NCBI GenBank assembly: GCA_037133015.1
Contig: JBAXOX010000008.1
Location: 26,368-90,367, forward strand
From: Acidobacteriota bacterium
GTDB lineage: Bacteria; Acidobacteriota; Vicinamibacteria; Vicinamibacterales; JAKQTR01
Reading direction: 5' to 3'
DNA: 64,000 nt
This document shows, one piece after another, positions 9,801-17,925 of this stretch. The translations under genes and the position numbers were made by a program. The notes under the pieces were generated by a model. The model worked only from the letters and a program-made list of their open reading frames with translations. It had not been told where the DNA came from and ran no database searches. Within the stretch, counting starts at the first letter, position 1. The number at the start of each line of letters is the position of its first letter.

Positions 9801-10385
9801 GTCGTGGAGGCGCGCGGCACACCACCGCCTCAGCGCGTTTATCGAGACAGCCACGGCGGCTTGCGCCACCGGATCGGCTCCCGTCAGGGCGGCCGCTTCG
9901 CGGTCCAGCAACAGGCAACCAGCGTGCGCCAACGCCCGCTCGCCGTCGTGGGGAAACTGACCGGCCAGCAAGGCGGCGACCGCGCGATCGTCGGCAGCAT
10001 TCGCCTCGGGAGGGGTCGGTCCCTTCAACAACGAGACGACGCGCCTTCGCACGAAGTCAGCCTTGAAGCGACCAAGGACCTGGTGCTGAGCGGTGGTGTC
10101 GGCCAGCGCGGCCAGCTCGCGTTCAACGCCAAACAACCTCCCGACAAAACGACTCACGAAGGGAGCCATCCTGACGAGCAGAAGCGAGACCTCGGTTGCC
10201 CCGAGGGCATGGGCCGGATGCGATCGATACGCGTCCCATTGTTGCCACAGTTCCGGATCCTGCCGTGTGACCTCTCGGGCGAACACGTCGTACAGGTCGC
10301 GCAACTTGTCGGGTTCGTGCAGGTCCGGATAGCTGAAGCCGGGCACGCCGAGGGTCAAGGCCGCCGGATCGCTGGACAGGGTCAT
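6813..10385 (-). CDS. Large multidomain FAD/NAD(P)-dependent oxidoreductase: unknown N-terminal domain, Cys-rich Fe-S-like region, GltD/NfnB-like module and PyrK/NfnA-like ferredoxin-reductase module
   Basis: 1190-aa ORF. A Cys cluster spans aa ~261-341 (HYCILCHERDKDSCSKG ... CPGTGHRICNDCMKACIY). Two Rossmann motifs are present: NVLVVGLGPAGYTLAHYL (aa ~396) and AIVIGGGLTAIDTATE. The C-terminal ~300 aa look like a PyrK-type FAD/NAD module (VLLAGGGLGNAVLFSIG) and end in a Cys motif, CMMKEVCAQCLQ...VFTCFNQDQ. Confidence 0.75.
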   Translation of the reverse strand: MTLSSDPAALTLGVPGFSYPDLHEPDKLRDLYDVFAREVTRQDPELWQQWDAYRSHPAHALGATEVSLLLVRMAPFVSRFVGRLFGVERELAALADTTAQHQVLGRFKADFVRRRVVSLLKGPTPPEANAADDRAVAALLAGQFPHDGERALAHAGCLLLDREAAALTGADPVAQAAVAVSINALRRWCAARLHDPAYKSWVIFHLPSPVDFFALVDIEHRSHDLPTAISGPESGLRRRDGFTLTDPRMTTRQTLGEIHYCILCHERDKDSCSKGLSGKDGAIVSNPLGIRLDGCPLDQKISEIHFLRKRGDALGALALVTLDNPLCPGTGHRICNDCMKACIYQKQDPVDIPQVETGVLTDVLTLPWGIEIYGLLSRWNPLNIQRPYPLPYNGRNVLVVGLGPAGYTLAHYLVNEGFGVVGLDGLKIEPLPTAITGGDDGPPGPVRDWHSLYLPLNERALEGFGGVSEYGITVRWDKNFLTLLHLTLARRRLLRMYGGVRFGGTLPINEAWDLGFDHIAMAAGAGRPTILDMKNTLLRGIRQASDFLMALQLTGAFKREAFANLQVRMPAIVIGGGLTAIDTATEVMAFYPQQVEKTLARYETLIAERGEETIRAIFDAEEREVLDEFLAHGRDVRAERQRAATAGEPPTFVPLMQGWGGVSVVYRKGLVDSPAYRLNHEEITKSLEEGIRFVERLNPEEALPDQLGHVAAIRVREQVYDQGAWRDGEAAYTLPARSVFVAAGTTPNVTYEREHPGTFELDQRQRFFKAHDVEKGTDGRFRLVPARDGFFTSHEHDGRFVTYYGDNHPKYAGNVVKAMASARDGFHQIAKLFADDSPAADLPTQQQREAGWRALTANLDDQFQAHVVSVTRLTPNIVDIVVKAPAAARRFEPGQFFRLQNFETRSPQVGAGPHAPRMLMEGLALTGAAVDRTQGLLSMIALEMGVSSRLCAYLKPGDPVVVMGPTGSPTEIPSGEHVLLAGGGLGNAVLFSIGRALRHKGCRVLYFAGYKRGEDLFKREEVEASADQLIWTTDAGAPIAPSRPQDSHVRGNIVEAMVAYAKGELGAAMVPMPSIDRIIAIGSDRMMAAVKAARLTVLEPFLKDDHIAIASINSPMQCMMKEVCAQCLQRHVDPKTGQETIVFTCFNQDQLMDRVDFPNLQGRLRQNTVQEKLASLWLDKLLAEHPLAHA

Positions 10386-10430
10386 ATCTCATCACCGTAG
10401 TGTGGAAGCCGACGAAGCGTCAATTGCGTT

Positions 10431-10436
10431 TATAAT
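10431..10436 (+). promoter_or_regulatory. Perfect TATAAT hexamer 30 nt upstream of the acyP start (putative -10)
   Basis: tataat at 10431-10436 in the divergent intergenic region 10386-10466. I found no convincing -35. Confidence 0.25.
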
Positions 10437-10466
10437 CGTGCGTCGTTTCTCTGTTGCGGCCCGAGC

Positions 10467-10742
10467 ATGACTGAATCGCGCACCTACCGCATCGTCGGCC
10501 GTGTCCAGGGCGTTGGCTTTCGCTGGTTCACCTGCGAGAGGGCCAGACGCGAGGGCCTGGTCGGCGAGGTCTGGAACCAGCCCGACGGATGCGTGGAGGC
10601 GGTGGCCGAAGGGGAGTTGCTGGCGCTCGATCGATTCGAAGTGGCCATTCGTCGAGGACCGGCGGGGGCTCGCGTCGAGACGGTGGCGCGCGACATTGGC
10701 CCGGCCAGCGGGCGCTTTGCGGATTTTTCCATCAAGGGATGA
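10467..10742 (+). CDS. acyP: Acylphosphatase
   Basis: 91 aa with the signature YRIVGRVQGVGFRWFTCERARREGLVGEVWNQPDGCVEAVAEG (VxGxVQGVxFR motif). Confidence 0.9.
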   Translation: MTESRTYRIVGRVQGVGFRWFTCERARREGLVGEVWNQPDGCVEAVAEGELLALDRFEVAIRRGPAGARVETVARDIGPASGRFADFSIKG

Positions 10743-11290
10743 CCATAGCCATGACCGATCGCACCGCGCTGAGCCCGGAATCGCTGAAGGCGAAGATTCG
10801 CCACGTGCCCGACTTTCCGAAGCCGGGCATCGTGTTCTACGACATCACGACACTGCTGCGCGAGCCGGCGGGTTTCAAGGCGGTGATCGATTACCTGGCC
10901 GCGCCGTTTGTCGGAGCCGGCATCGATCTGGTCGTGGGTATCGAAAGTCGGGGCTTTATTCTGGGCGGCCCTGTTGCTGATCGACTGGGCGCGGGTTTTT
11001 GCCCGATTCGAAAACCCGGCAAGCTGCCGGCGAAAGTTGTGCGCGAGTCGTTCCAGCTCGAATACGGGTCGGACGTCATCGAGCTCCATGAGGACGCGGT
11101 GACCGCCGGCCAGCGGGTGTTGATCGTCGACGACGTGTTGGCCACGGGTGGGACGGCGCGTGCGGCCGCTTCGCTGGTCCGCCAGCTTGGCGGCCATCTG
11201 TTCGGGCTGGCGTTCCTGATCGAGCTGGGGTTCCTCAAGGGGAGGGACCAGTTGCCCGGACTCCGCGTCGACAGCGTGCTGCAGTACTGA
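10739..11290 (+). CDS. apt: Adenine phosphoribosyltransferase
   Basis: In frame within ORF 10589..11290. ATG 10739 overlaps the acyP TGA (ATGA). The N-terminus is LKAKIRHVPDFPKPGIVFYDITTLL, and the PRPP-binding motif is VLIVDDVLATGGTA. Confidence 0.9.
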   Translation: MTIAMTDRTALSPESLKAKIRHVPDFPKPGIVFYDITTLLREPAGFKAVIDYLAAPFVGAGIDLVVGIESRGFILGGPVADRLGAGFCPIRKPGKLPAKVVRESFQLEYGSDVIELHEDAVTAGQRVLIVDDVLATGGTARAAASLVRQLGGHLFGLAFLIELGFLKGRDQLPGLRVDSVLQY

Positions 11291-11345
11291 GCACATCCGG
11301 GCACCCCTCAGGTCCGGCCGGTTTCGTTCCGATACACCTCGTGCT

Positions 11346-12299
11346 ATGCGAATTCGTGTGGGCGCCGCGATCGTCACTCTCGCCGTCGGACTCGTGCTGG
11401 CCGGAGGCGCGTGGAGCGCGGCGACCGCGGATGCGAAGCGCTACCGGACGTGCGTCTACATCGATCGCACGCGGCCTGCCGAGCGCGTCATCGTGGACGA
11501 CATGCGCGTCAACGAAGCCATCTTCGACGAGGGTGGGGTTCAATACCTGTGGGTTCACGGACCGGCCGGCAGCTTTCAACTCGGCTTTGACGTGATTCGT
11601 CAGATCGAAGTTGTCACCTGGCTGGGCAAGGATCCGGCCCGCGACGATTACACACGCTACAGCGTCAAAGTGACCGGCACCGCCGACGGGGTGGCTCATT
11701 ACGGCACCGTGGACATCAGGGTGATGCGAGGCCTGGCTGGCCCCTCGCCCTGGTATTACTTTCCGGTGACGCAACGCGATCGCGGCTCGAAATTCTGGCG
11801 CATCACGTTCGGTCAGGAGTGCGTCGGCCCGACGATTCCTCTCGACGCGACTCAGACTGGCGAACAGCCTGCCGCGGCACCGATTCAACCCATGGTCGTG
11901 ATGGCCAAGCCGCGCGGCGAATTGCCGCCACCGCCGCCGCCGCCCGAGGATCCTCCCGACCCTGACGAGTTGCGCGACGTGTTGTTCGCGTACGACAAAT
12001 GGGAGTTGACCCAGGCCAGTCGCGAGACGCTGACGAAGAACGCCGAGTGGATGAGGCGATTCCCCGCCGCGAGAATTCAGGTTGAGGGTCAGGCCGATCC
12101 GCGCGGCACCAACGAATACAACTTCCCGCTCGGTTTGCGTCGAGCCGAGGCGGCGCGCGACTTCCTCGTGTCGCAGGGCATCGACGCCAAGCGGCTGGCG
12201 GCGGTGACGATGGGGAAGACCAAGCTGGTGTGCACCGAACAGACCGAAGAGTGCTGGCAGCGGAATCGCCGCGCCCACTTCGTGATGCTGGCGCGCTGA
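11346..12299 (+). CDS. OmpA/Pal-family peptidoglycan-binding protein with an uncharacterised N-terminal domain
   Basis: N-terminal hydrophobic segment MRIRVGAAIVTLAVGLVLAGG, then a Pro-rich linker (PPPPPPPEDPPDPD). The C-terminal OmpA-C domain reads VLFAYDKWELT...QVEGQADPRGTNEYNFPLGLRRAEAARDFLVSQGI. Confidence 0.8.
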   Translation: MRIRVGAAIVTLAVGLVLAGGAWSAATADAKRYRTCVYIDRTRPAERVIVDDMRVNEAIFDEGGVQYLWVHGPAGSFQLGFDVIRQIEVVTWLGKDPARDDYTRYSVKVTGTADGVAHYGTVDIRVMRGLAGPSPWYYFPVTQRDRGSKFWRITFGQECVGPTIPLDATQTGEQPAAAPIQPMVVMAKPRGELPPPPPPPEDPPDPDELRDVLFAYDKWELTQASRETLTKNAEWMRRFPAARIQVEGQADPRGTNEYNFPLGLRRAEAARDFLVSQGIDAKRLAAVTMGKTKLVCTEQTEECWQRNRRAHFVMLAR

Positions 12300-12307
12300 G
12301 CGCCGCG

Positions 12308-14506
12308 GTGGGTACGGACGCGAACCGGCGAGGTGACCTGCGCGGTGTTCCCACTGCGCTGGCACTCGGATGGGTTCTGGCGTTTTCTTTTTCGTCGGGT
12401 TCCGCCCAATCCACAACCAAGACGTTTCGCACCGCCGTGGATGTGACCACGGTGGACGTCCTTGTTGTCAACGACCGCGATGGGCGGCCGATCATCGATT
12501 TGAAGGCCGACGACTTTATTGTCGAAGTGGACGGGAAGAGACGGGCGCTGGCCTCTGCCGATCTGCTGACGTACGGTGTTTGGCCTGCCGCCATCGGCCC
12601 AATGTCGGAGGCCCAAACGACTGCCGTTTCGGCTCCGCCACCTTTAACTCACGTCCTGCCCGCGCGTTGGTTCGTCCTCGCTATCGACACGGCGAACACC
12701 GCGGTTGGCGGTGGACGCAGTGTCGCCAGCGCGGCGTCGGCGTTTCTGGACCGGCTGCCGCCTGAAGACTACGTGGGGCTCGTCGCACTGCCGACTGGTG
12801 TTGCCGTCGAGTTCACGAAGGACCGCGGCTCGATTCGGGCCGGCCTCACGAAGGTCGTCGGTAGCGGGGCCAACAAGGCCGAGACGATTCACAACGTCAG
12901 CCTCGCGGAGGCGTATTCGTTTGTCACGGGTAGGCAGCCGGGGATATGGAATGCGGCAGTTCGGTCGGGATGCTACCAAGAAGATGCCAAATCCTGTCTG
13001 ACACAGATGGAGTCCGAGGCCCGGTTCCGGGAAGCGGCGGCCAGGTCGGCCGCGCACATGGCGGTCAGCTCGCTGACCGGTCTGCTTGACAAACTGTCTG
13101 GCCTCGAAGCACCCAAGCAGGTGATCTTGGTCAGCGAGTCCCTTGTCACCGGAAGTCGATTCGGTGCGATAGACGGTCCTGACCTGAGGACCCTGGCGGT
13201 GGCCGCCCAGAGGGCTCGGGCCCATCTCTTCGTCCTCCACGTCGATCATGCTGTGCTGGATGCCGTCGATGTGGCGGAACGATTCGCATCGCGCACATCA
13301 TCAGACGACATGGCGATGCAACGTGACGGGTTGCAGGAAGTGGCCGCTGCGACAGGGGCTGGCTATTTCCGGCTCACGACGACGCTCGACCCAGCCTTTG
13401 ATCGCATCGTCCGCGAAACGTCGGCTGGCTACCTGTTGGCGTTCCAGACGATCGACTCGGATCGGGACGGCAAGGCCCATCAACTCGTCGTCCGCGTGAA
13501 CAGGCCAGACGTGACCATTCGGGCTCGGCGCCAGTTCGTGGCATCGCGGCGTGCGGACGGCTCCCCAGGGGGCGCCTTCCCAGCCGGCGATTCCGGAGCC
13601 GCGCGTCCACCGGAACCGACAGCGCCAGCGCGGGACACGACACCGCCGCTGTCGGACGTGTCCGTGGTGGCACCCTCCGCCGCGGTTCCTGTTCCAACGG
13701 TGGTCCAAAAGGCCACGGCGTATCTGGCCGGGTACCTTCGGACACTGTCGAGCGTCGTGAGCGAGGAACAGTACGAGCAGCGTCTCGAACGGCCTCAGCA
13801 GGGCAGAACCGGTCAGGGAAGCCTCGTCAGGACGGTCGAGACGCAGCGACGCGATCTCACCTCCGACGTGTTGCTTGTGCAATTACCTGGCATTCGAGGC
13901 TGGTACGAATTCCGGGACGTATTCCGCGTAGACGGCACTGTCGTGCGTGACCGAAACGACCGTCTGATAAAGCTGTTCGTGGAACCCCATGCGAACCGAT
14001 TGGCCCAAGCCGATCAAATTCTTGAGGAGAGCAGCCGCCATAACATCGGCGACGGGGTCAGGGACACGAATCTGCCCACGTTTGCCTTGCAGTTCTTGCT
14101 CCCTGCCGTGATCGGGAAGTTGACGTTCAGGCTGCAAGGGTCCGAGTTGGTGGACGGGAAGAACGCCCAGATCGTTGTTTACAATGAGGTGGCTCGTCCG
14201 ACCATGATCCGGGGCGACGGCGACTCCGACGTACCGGCGACCGGCCAGTTCTGGATCGACCCGGAGACCGGTGCGGTCGTCAAGACGAGGGTCGAGACCA
14301 AGTCTGGGTCGGTTCGGACTCGAATCGACGTGACGTATCGGCTGGAGCCGAAATTAGGCATTAGCGTGCCCGCGTTGATGGAAGAACGTCGGGAAGCGGC
14401 CGGGGAAGTGTTGCAGGGCCGCGCCACGTACGGGAACTTCCGCCGATTTACCGTGGGCACCGTCGAGGAGATCAAGAAGCACGAGCCAGCCGAAGGGATC
14501 GACTAA
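12308..14506 (+). CDS. VWA-domain protein of the acidobacterial VWFA-related (TIGR03436-like) type with a long C-terminal extension
   Basis: ORF 12230..14506 overlaps the previous gene. The most plausible start is in-frame GTG 12308, which gives the signal-like GVPTALALGWVLAFSFSSGSAQS; the start is uncertain by tens of nt. The family-typical N-terminus is FRTAVDVTTVDVLVVNDRDGRPIIDLKADDFIVEVDGKRRAL, followed by a VWA-like core (WFVLAIDTANT...). Confidence 0.7.
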   Translation: MGTDANRRGDLRGVPTALALGWVLAFSFSSGSAQSTTKTFRTAVDVTTVDVLVVNDRDGRPIIDLKADDFIVEVDGKRRALASADLLTYGVWPAAIGPMSEAQTTAVSAPPPLTHVLPARWFVLAIDTANTAVGGGRSVASAASAFLDRLPPEDYVGLVALPTGVAVEFTKDRGSIRAGLTKVVGSGANKAETIHNVSLAEAYSFVTGRQPGIWNAAVRSGCYQEDAKSCLTQMESEARFREAAARSAAHMAVSSLTGLLDKLSGLEAPKQVILVSESLVTGSRFGAIDGPDLRTLAVAAQRARAHLFVLHVDHAVLDAVDVAERFASRTSSDDMAMQRDGLQEVAAATGAGYFRLTTTLDPAFDRIVRETSAGYLLAFQTIDSDRDGKAHQLVVRVNRPDVTIRARRQFVASRRADGSPGGAFPAGDSGAARPPEPTAPARDTTPPLSDVSVVAPSAAVPVPTVVQKATAYLAGYLRTLSSVVSEEQYEQRLERPQQGRTGQGSLVRTVETQRRDLTSDVLLVQLPGIRGWYEFRDVFRVDGTVVRDRNDRLIKLFVEPHANRLAQADQILEESSRHNIGDGVRDTNLPTFALQFLLPAVIGKLTFRLQGSELVDGKNAQIVVYNEVARPTMIRGDGDSDVPATGQFWIDPETGAVVKTRVETKSGSVRTRIDVTYRLEPKLGISVPALMEERREAAGEVLQGRATYGNFRRFTVGTVEEIKKHEPAEGID

Positions 14507-14709
14507 CGTCGCCGCACACGCAACCCCTCGCATTCGGCAGGCCGTCCACTTTGCACAAAAGACGGCGGTCGGCCACTAAAAGCGATCACAGGCGCGATAC
14601 GACGGCTGGGGAGAGATGTGGCATACTGGCGCCATTCCCTTCTTCTTGATGGCGCCGCGTTACGCGTCCTATCGTCTTGGCGAGTAGCGGGCCCTGGACA
14701 GGAGTCCAC

Positions 14710-16428
14710 ATGGGAGCTTCTCTGCTTCGAACCCTGCTGCGCCGGCCGGTACGGTACTTGGTCGCGCCGACACTTGCTGGCCTCCTCATCGCGACCTCCG
14801 TGGTGGCGACCGGCCAGGACCTTCCGGGCCTCGCCTTGCAGGACTACGCCCCGCAGGGACGCGAGGCGGTCCGCGCGGCCCTGGCCAACGGACTCGCCGC
14901 CGCACCCGGTGCCCCGGTCCAGAACTCTGCGAGCCGCTTCAAGGCCAGCGATGACCACGCGGCGATCGCCCGGATGGCCAAGGCGATGGCGAACCAGGAG
15001 GCGCAGCAGCAGGCGTTGCGGTCCTCGCTCGAGCAGGCCGTCGCGGGCTATCGTCAGCAACTGGCCGGAAGCGAGTTCGCCGACGACATGGCCGGCGGGC
15101 TCTCCATGCTCATCCTCACGTGGGACTTTCTCGGGACTGGCAAGGAGCGCTCGGCAAGCGCGACAACCGCGCTGACGCGGCAACTCCAGTCGGCCTTGAA
15201 CGTCCAGCCCATCCAGCGGCTGCGGGACAGCGACAAGCAGGTGGTCTACGAGTGGTCTGTCGGCGCGTCGACGATGCTGCTGATGATCGAGCAGATGGTC
15301 AAGAAGGCCGGCGGGCAGGACACCGAGCACAAGATCGCGGCCAAGGCGGGTGAGTTCGTCGCAGATCTGTTGGGCGTTCCTATTGGGCGGCTGACGCTGG
15401 GCGAGAACGGTCTCCGGATCGGCGCGCCGATCGCAGCGACGTCGCCGGCTGCGGTGGCGTCGCCATCAGCCGCGCCATCCCCGTCGGCCGCGCCATCGAG
15501 CGGGCGGGGAGCGCCGCGTCCATCCGACCCGGCGTCGGCGTCACTGCCTGAGCCAGAGACAGGTCCGCTGGGAACGCCTCAGACCTGGCAGGACTACTCG
15601 TTCATCGCGCCGGCCGGCTGGAGTACGCAGGCGTATGCCGACGGCGTATTCGTGCGCGCCCCACCGACGCAGCAGGCGGGCGAGTCCACCTTTATCGCGC
15701 TGATGCCCTTTCGACCGGCGGAAGCCGACCTCGCCAGTCAGGCTGTGGGAGTGGCGCGAAATTTCTTTGCGGGAAACGTCGGCAGCTTCGTGAATCACTC
15801 CTACGGGAACACCGACCTGCTGGGGGATATGGAGCGTGGGGTCACGGGGGACGGCTGGCGATTTGTCGAGGTCAACCTCGCCCCCATTCTGGTGGGGGGG
15901 AAGATCACCGGCGCCCTGGTGCGAGTCGTGCTCGTCCAGGTGGGCAACCAGGTGGCGCCGATCGTGGCCTACGACAGTGGAATCCGGCTGGACAATCCGG
16001 TGAGCGGTCGGGGGGTGTGGCCGCTCTTTTACTTCGGCCTTTCGTTCCCGGGGCACACGGGTCCCGGACCGGACGCGAGCTACGATCGGTTGGTGGGCAC
16101 GTGGGGCTCCGGTGGAAGCAACACCATGATCCAGGAGACCTTCGGCAAGGACGGCACCTACGGGTCGGCCGCCGGATACCAGACGTATCACGACATCTCC
16201 GCCACGCAGGTGCTCGAGCGGACGCGCGGGTTCTTCGGCGAAGGACGCTACGTGGTCCACGGCAACCGGCTGACTGTGTGGAGCAATGGCGGCAAGCCAA
16301 CGACCCACTACTTCCGAATCGCCGAACAGGCCAACAGCGTGGCACCGGGCGGATGGATTCTGAAGCTGCGTCAACTCAACAGGGACACCGAGGGGCAGAC
16401 CTACGAGTTCGCCACGACACGGCGCTGA
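14710..16428 (+). CDS. Hypothetical secreted two-domain protein
   Basis: ORF 14677..16428. Preferred start is ATG 14710, with GGAG at 14701-14704. The signal/TM-like N-terminus is MGASLLRTLLRRPVRYLVAPTLAGLLIATSVVATG. An Ala/Pro/Ser linker (AATSPAAVASPSAAPSPSAAPSS) separates the two domains. I recognise no catalytic motif. Confidence 0.6.
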   Translation: MGASLLRTLLRRPVRYLVAPTLAGLLIATSVVATGQDLPGLALQDYAPQGREAVRAALANGLAAAPGAPVQNSASRFKASDDHAAIARMAKAMANQEAQQQALRSSLEQAVAGYRQQLAGSEFADDMAGGLSMLILTWDFLGTGKERSASATTALTRQLQSALNVQPIQRLRDSDKQVVYEWSVGASTMLLMIEQMVKKAGGQDTEHKIAAKAGEFVADLLGVPIGRLTLGENGLRIGAPIAATSPAAVASPSAAPSPSAAPSSGRGAPRPSDPASASLPEPETGPLGTPQTWQDYSFIAPAGWSTQAYADGVFVRAPPTQQAGESTFIALMPFRPAEADLASQAVGVARNFFAGNVGSFVNHSYGNTDLLGDMERGVTGDGWRFVEVNLAPILVGGKITGALVRVVLVQVGNQVAPIVAYDSGIRLDNPVSGRGVWPLFYFGLSFPGHTGPGPDASYDRLVGTWGSGGSNTMIQETFGKDGTYGSAAGYQTYHDISATQVLERTRGFFGEGRYVVHGNRLTVWSNGGKPTTHYFRIAEQANSVAPGGWILKLRQLNRDTEGQTYEFATTRR

Positions 16429-16552
16429 GGCGTTTTGGCCTGAATCGTATTGTCCTGCAATTCTCTTCCATTGGTCCCTGATGGGCGAAGCCGAACGAAC
16501 GGCCACGTTCCAGGCACATGTGAGGTCCCGAGATGAGACGTCGCCGCTGGCA

Positions 16553-16834
16553 TCATGCCGCGGGACGCCGGCGCGGTGGGCGAGTTGTGGTGACTCCGGA
16601 CGAGCGGGCGTAGCGTTCGGCGTAGCGGTCGATCAGTTGCCGGATCATCTTCTGGTACTGCGTATCGTGCCGGCGGGCCTCGGCTTTGAAGAATGCCACG
16701 CTGCGCTTGCTCAGCGAAATCGTCACCTTGACGGCTTCCTCGCGAAACGCCAACTCCTCGGGCGGCGGCAGAAAATCTCGGACCACGCGCACGGCGCCAA
16801 TCGGATCATTCGTGTACTTGATGGCTTTGCTCAT
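16553..16834 (-). CDS. brnA: BrnA-like antitoxin (ribbon-helix-helix type)
   Basis: Within ORF 16553..16870. Start ATG 16834 gives MSKAIKYTNDPIGAVRVVRDFLPPPEELAFREEAVKVTISLSKRSVAFFKAEARRHDTQYQKMIRQLIDRY, the BrnA pattern. It lies immediately downstream of brnT and overlaps it. Confidence 0.75.
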   Translation of the reverse strand: MSKAIKYTNDPIGAVRVVRDFLPPPEELAFREEAVKVTISLSKRSVAFFKAEARRHDTQYQKMIRQLIDRYAERYARSSGVTTTRPPRRRPAA

Positions 16835-17090
16835 AGATGTTCTTGCCCTTCCGCCAATATCCTGCACCAAAGATCCGGATGGCGCCTGGGCGGTGCGTGA
16901 AACGAACCGTCACGATGCCCCCTCCCACGCGCCCGAAGCAGAAATAGCGTCGCTCTCGTCCGCTGTGCGAAAGGTCCTCAGCGATCACGCGGTCGGGATC
17001 GGCGAAGGCGAACTGGGCATCGGCGAACGCCACGGCGTGCTTTTGCTGATTCTCACGGTCCTTGTCGGGGTCCCATTCGAATCGCGTCAT
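16806..17090 (-). CDS. brnT: BrnT-family toxin (DUF497)
   Basis: 94 aa. MTRFEWDPDKDRENQQKHAVAFADAQFAFADPDRVIAEDLSHSGRERRYFCFG...IRIFGAGYW matches the BrnT/DUF497 pattern (FEWDxxK...KHGVxF). Confidence 0.8.
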   Translation of the reverse strand: MTRFEWDPDKDRENQQKHAVAFADAQFAFADPDRVIAEDLSHSGRERRYFCFGRVGGGIVTVRFTHRPGAIRIFGAGYWRKGKNIYEQSHQVHE

Positions 17091-17123
17091 CGTCGGAAAT
17101 GTACCACAGGGATTCCAACGGAG

Positions 17124-17147
17124 CCATATTTATATGTGGCTATTAAG
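17124..17147 (-). promoter_or_regulatory. AT-rich element with CATAT-tt-ATATG inverted repeat upstream of brnT (putative promoter/operator)
   Basis: ccatatttatatgtggctattaag is the only AT-rich patch in this GC-rich intergenic region, 35-55 nt upstream of the brnT ATG (17090). On the minus strand it reads cacatataaatatgg, which contains a TATAAA-like -10. Confidence 0.3.
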
Positions 17148-17238
17148 ATGGCGCCGTCGTGCTGCGGTCCCGGGCGATCCCCGAAGTGATCTCGGCGCTG
17201 ACGAAGGCTGGATTGGTGGTCATCCGCGTGGAGGGTGG

Positions 17239-17925
17239 TCACACCACGTCATTGAACGCCGCGGGGTCTGCGCAGGCGCGCCCGCGCACCAATTGCACCT
17301 CGTCGCCCACCGCGATCTCGCCGCCTTCAATCACGAAGCAGTTGAGCGCCAGCTTACCGCCGAACCGCTGGTAGATGCCTCGGGTGACTTCCTTGTCCTG
17401 CACCAGAGTGTCAGGGTCGTACGAAGTCATGATGCAGCGCTGACGCAGATCCTGGACACCGATGAGGACGTTGCCGATTTTCAGGCACGCGCCCGGCCAC
17501 TCGCGTTCGGTCAGGCCCTCGACGTCGCCGACCACGATGTTCGGCCTCAAGCGACGACGGTCGTGGCCGAAGGCGGCGATCGCGCCGTCGGTGGCCACCA
17601 GCAGCGGCAGCACGTCGAAGCGCTCGGCGCCGTCGAAGCGCACCAACTTCGCGCCCCGCCCGCCAATATCCACAACCTCGGCGGCAACCTGCGGGCTGTC
17701 CCATGGTCGGCCGTCCACCAGGATCTCGCCATGGGGACTCAGCGAGCCTTTATGGCCCAGAAAGCCCGGATGCGAACGGGAGGTGATGACCCTGCCCTTG
17801 GCGTCCTCGACATGGACGACCCGATCACCCTCGATACCGAGGGGCCCTACGGCTGCCCGTTCCAGTTCCTCTCCAGCCATCGTCTTGACCGGATATCGCC
17901 AGATCTCCGCGATCTTCATGGCCAC
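17239..17925 (-). CDS. MOSC domain-containing protein (YcbX-like N-terminal beta-barrel plus MOSC)
   Basis: MAMKIAEIWRYPVKTMAGEELERAAVGPLGIEGDR..., and later LRPNIVV...W...IGNVLIGV...CIMT, as typical of MOSC proteins. Confidence 0.85.
   Translation of the reverse strand: MAMKIAEIWRYPVKTMAGEELERAAVGPLGIEGDRVVHVEDAKGRVITSRSHPGFLGHKGSLSPHGEILVDGRPWDSPQVAAEVVDIGGRGAKLVRFDGAERFDVLPLLVATDGAIAAFGHDRRRLRPNIVVGDVEGLTEREWPGACLKIGNVLIGVQDLRQRCIMTSYDPDTLVQDKEVTRGIYQRFGGKLALNCFVIEGGEIAVGDEVQLVRGRACADPAAFNDVV

Noticed and set aside
14619-14633. Sigma-54-like promoter TGGCAT-n-GC upstream of the 14710 gene
   Set aside because: The GG-to-GC spacing is 8 or 10 nt rather than the required 11, and no TTGC -12 element is present.
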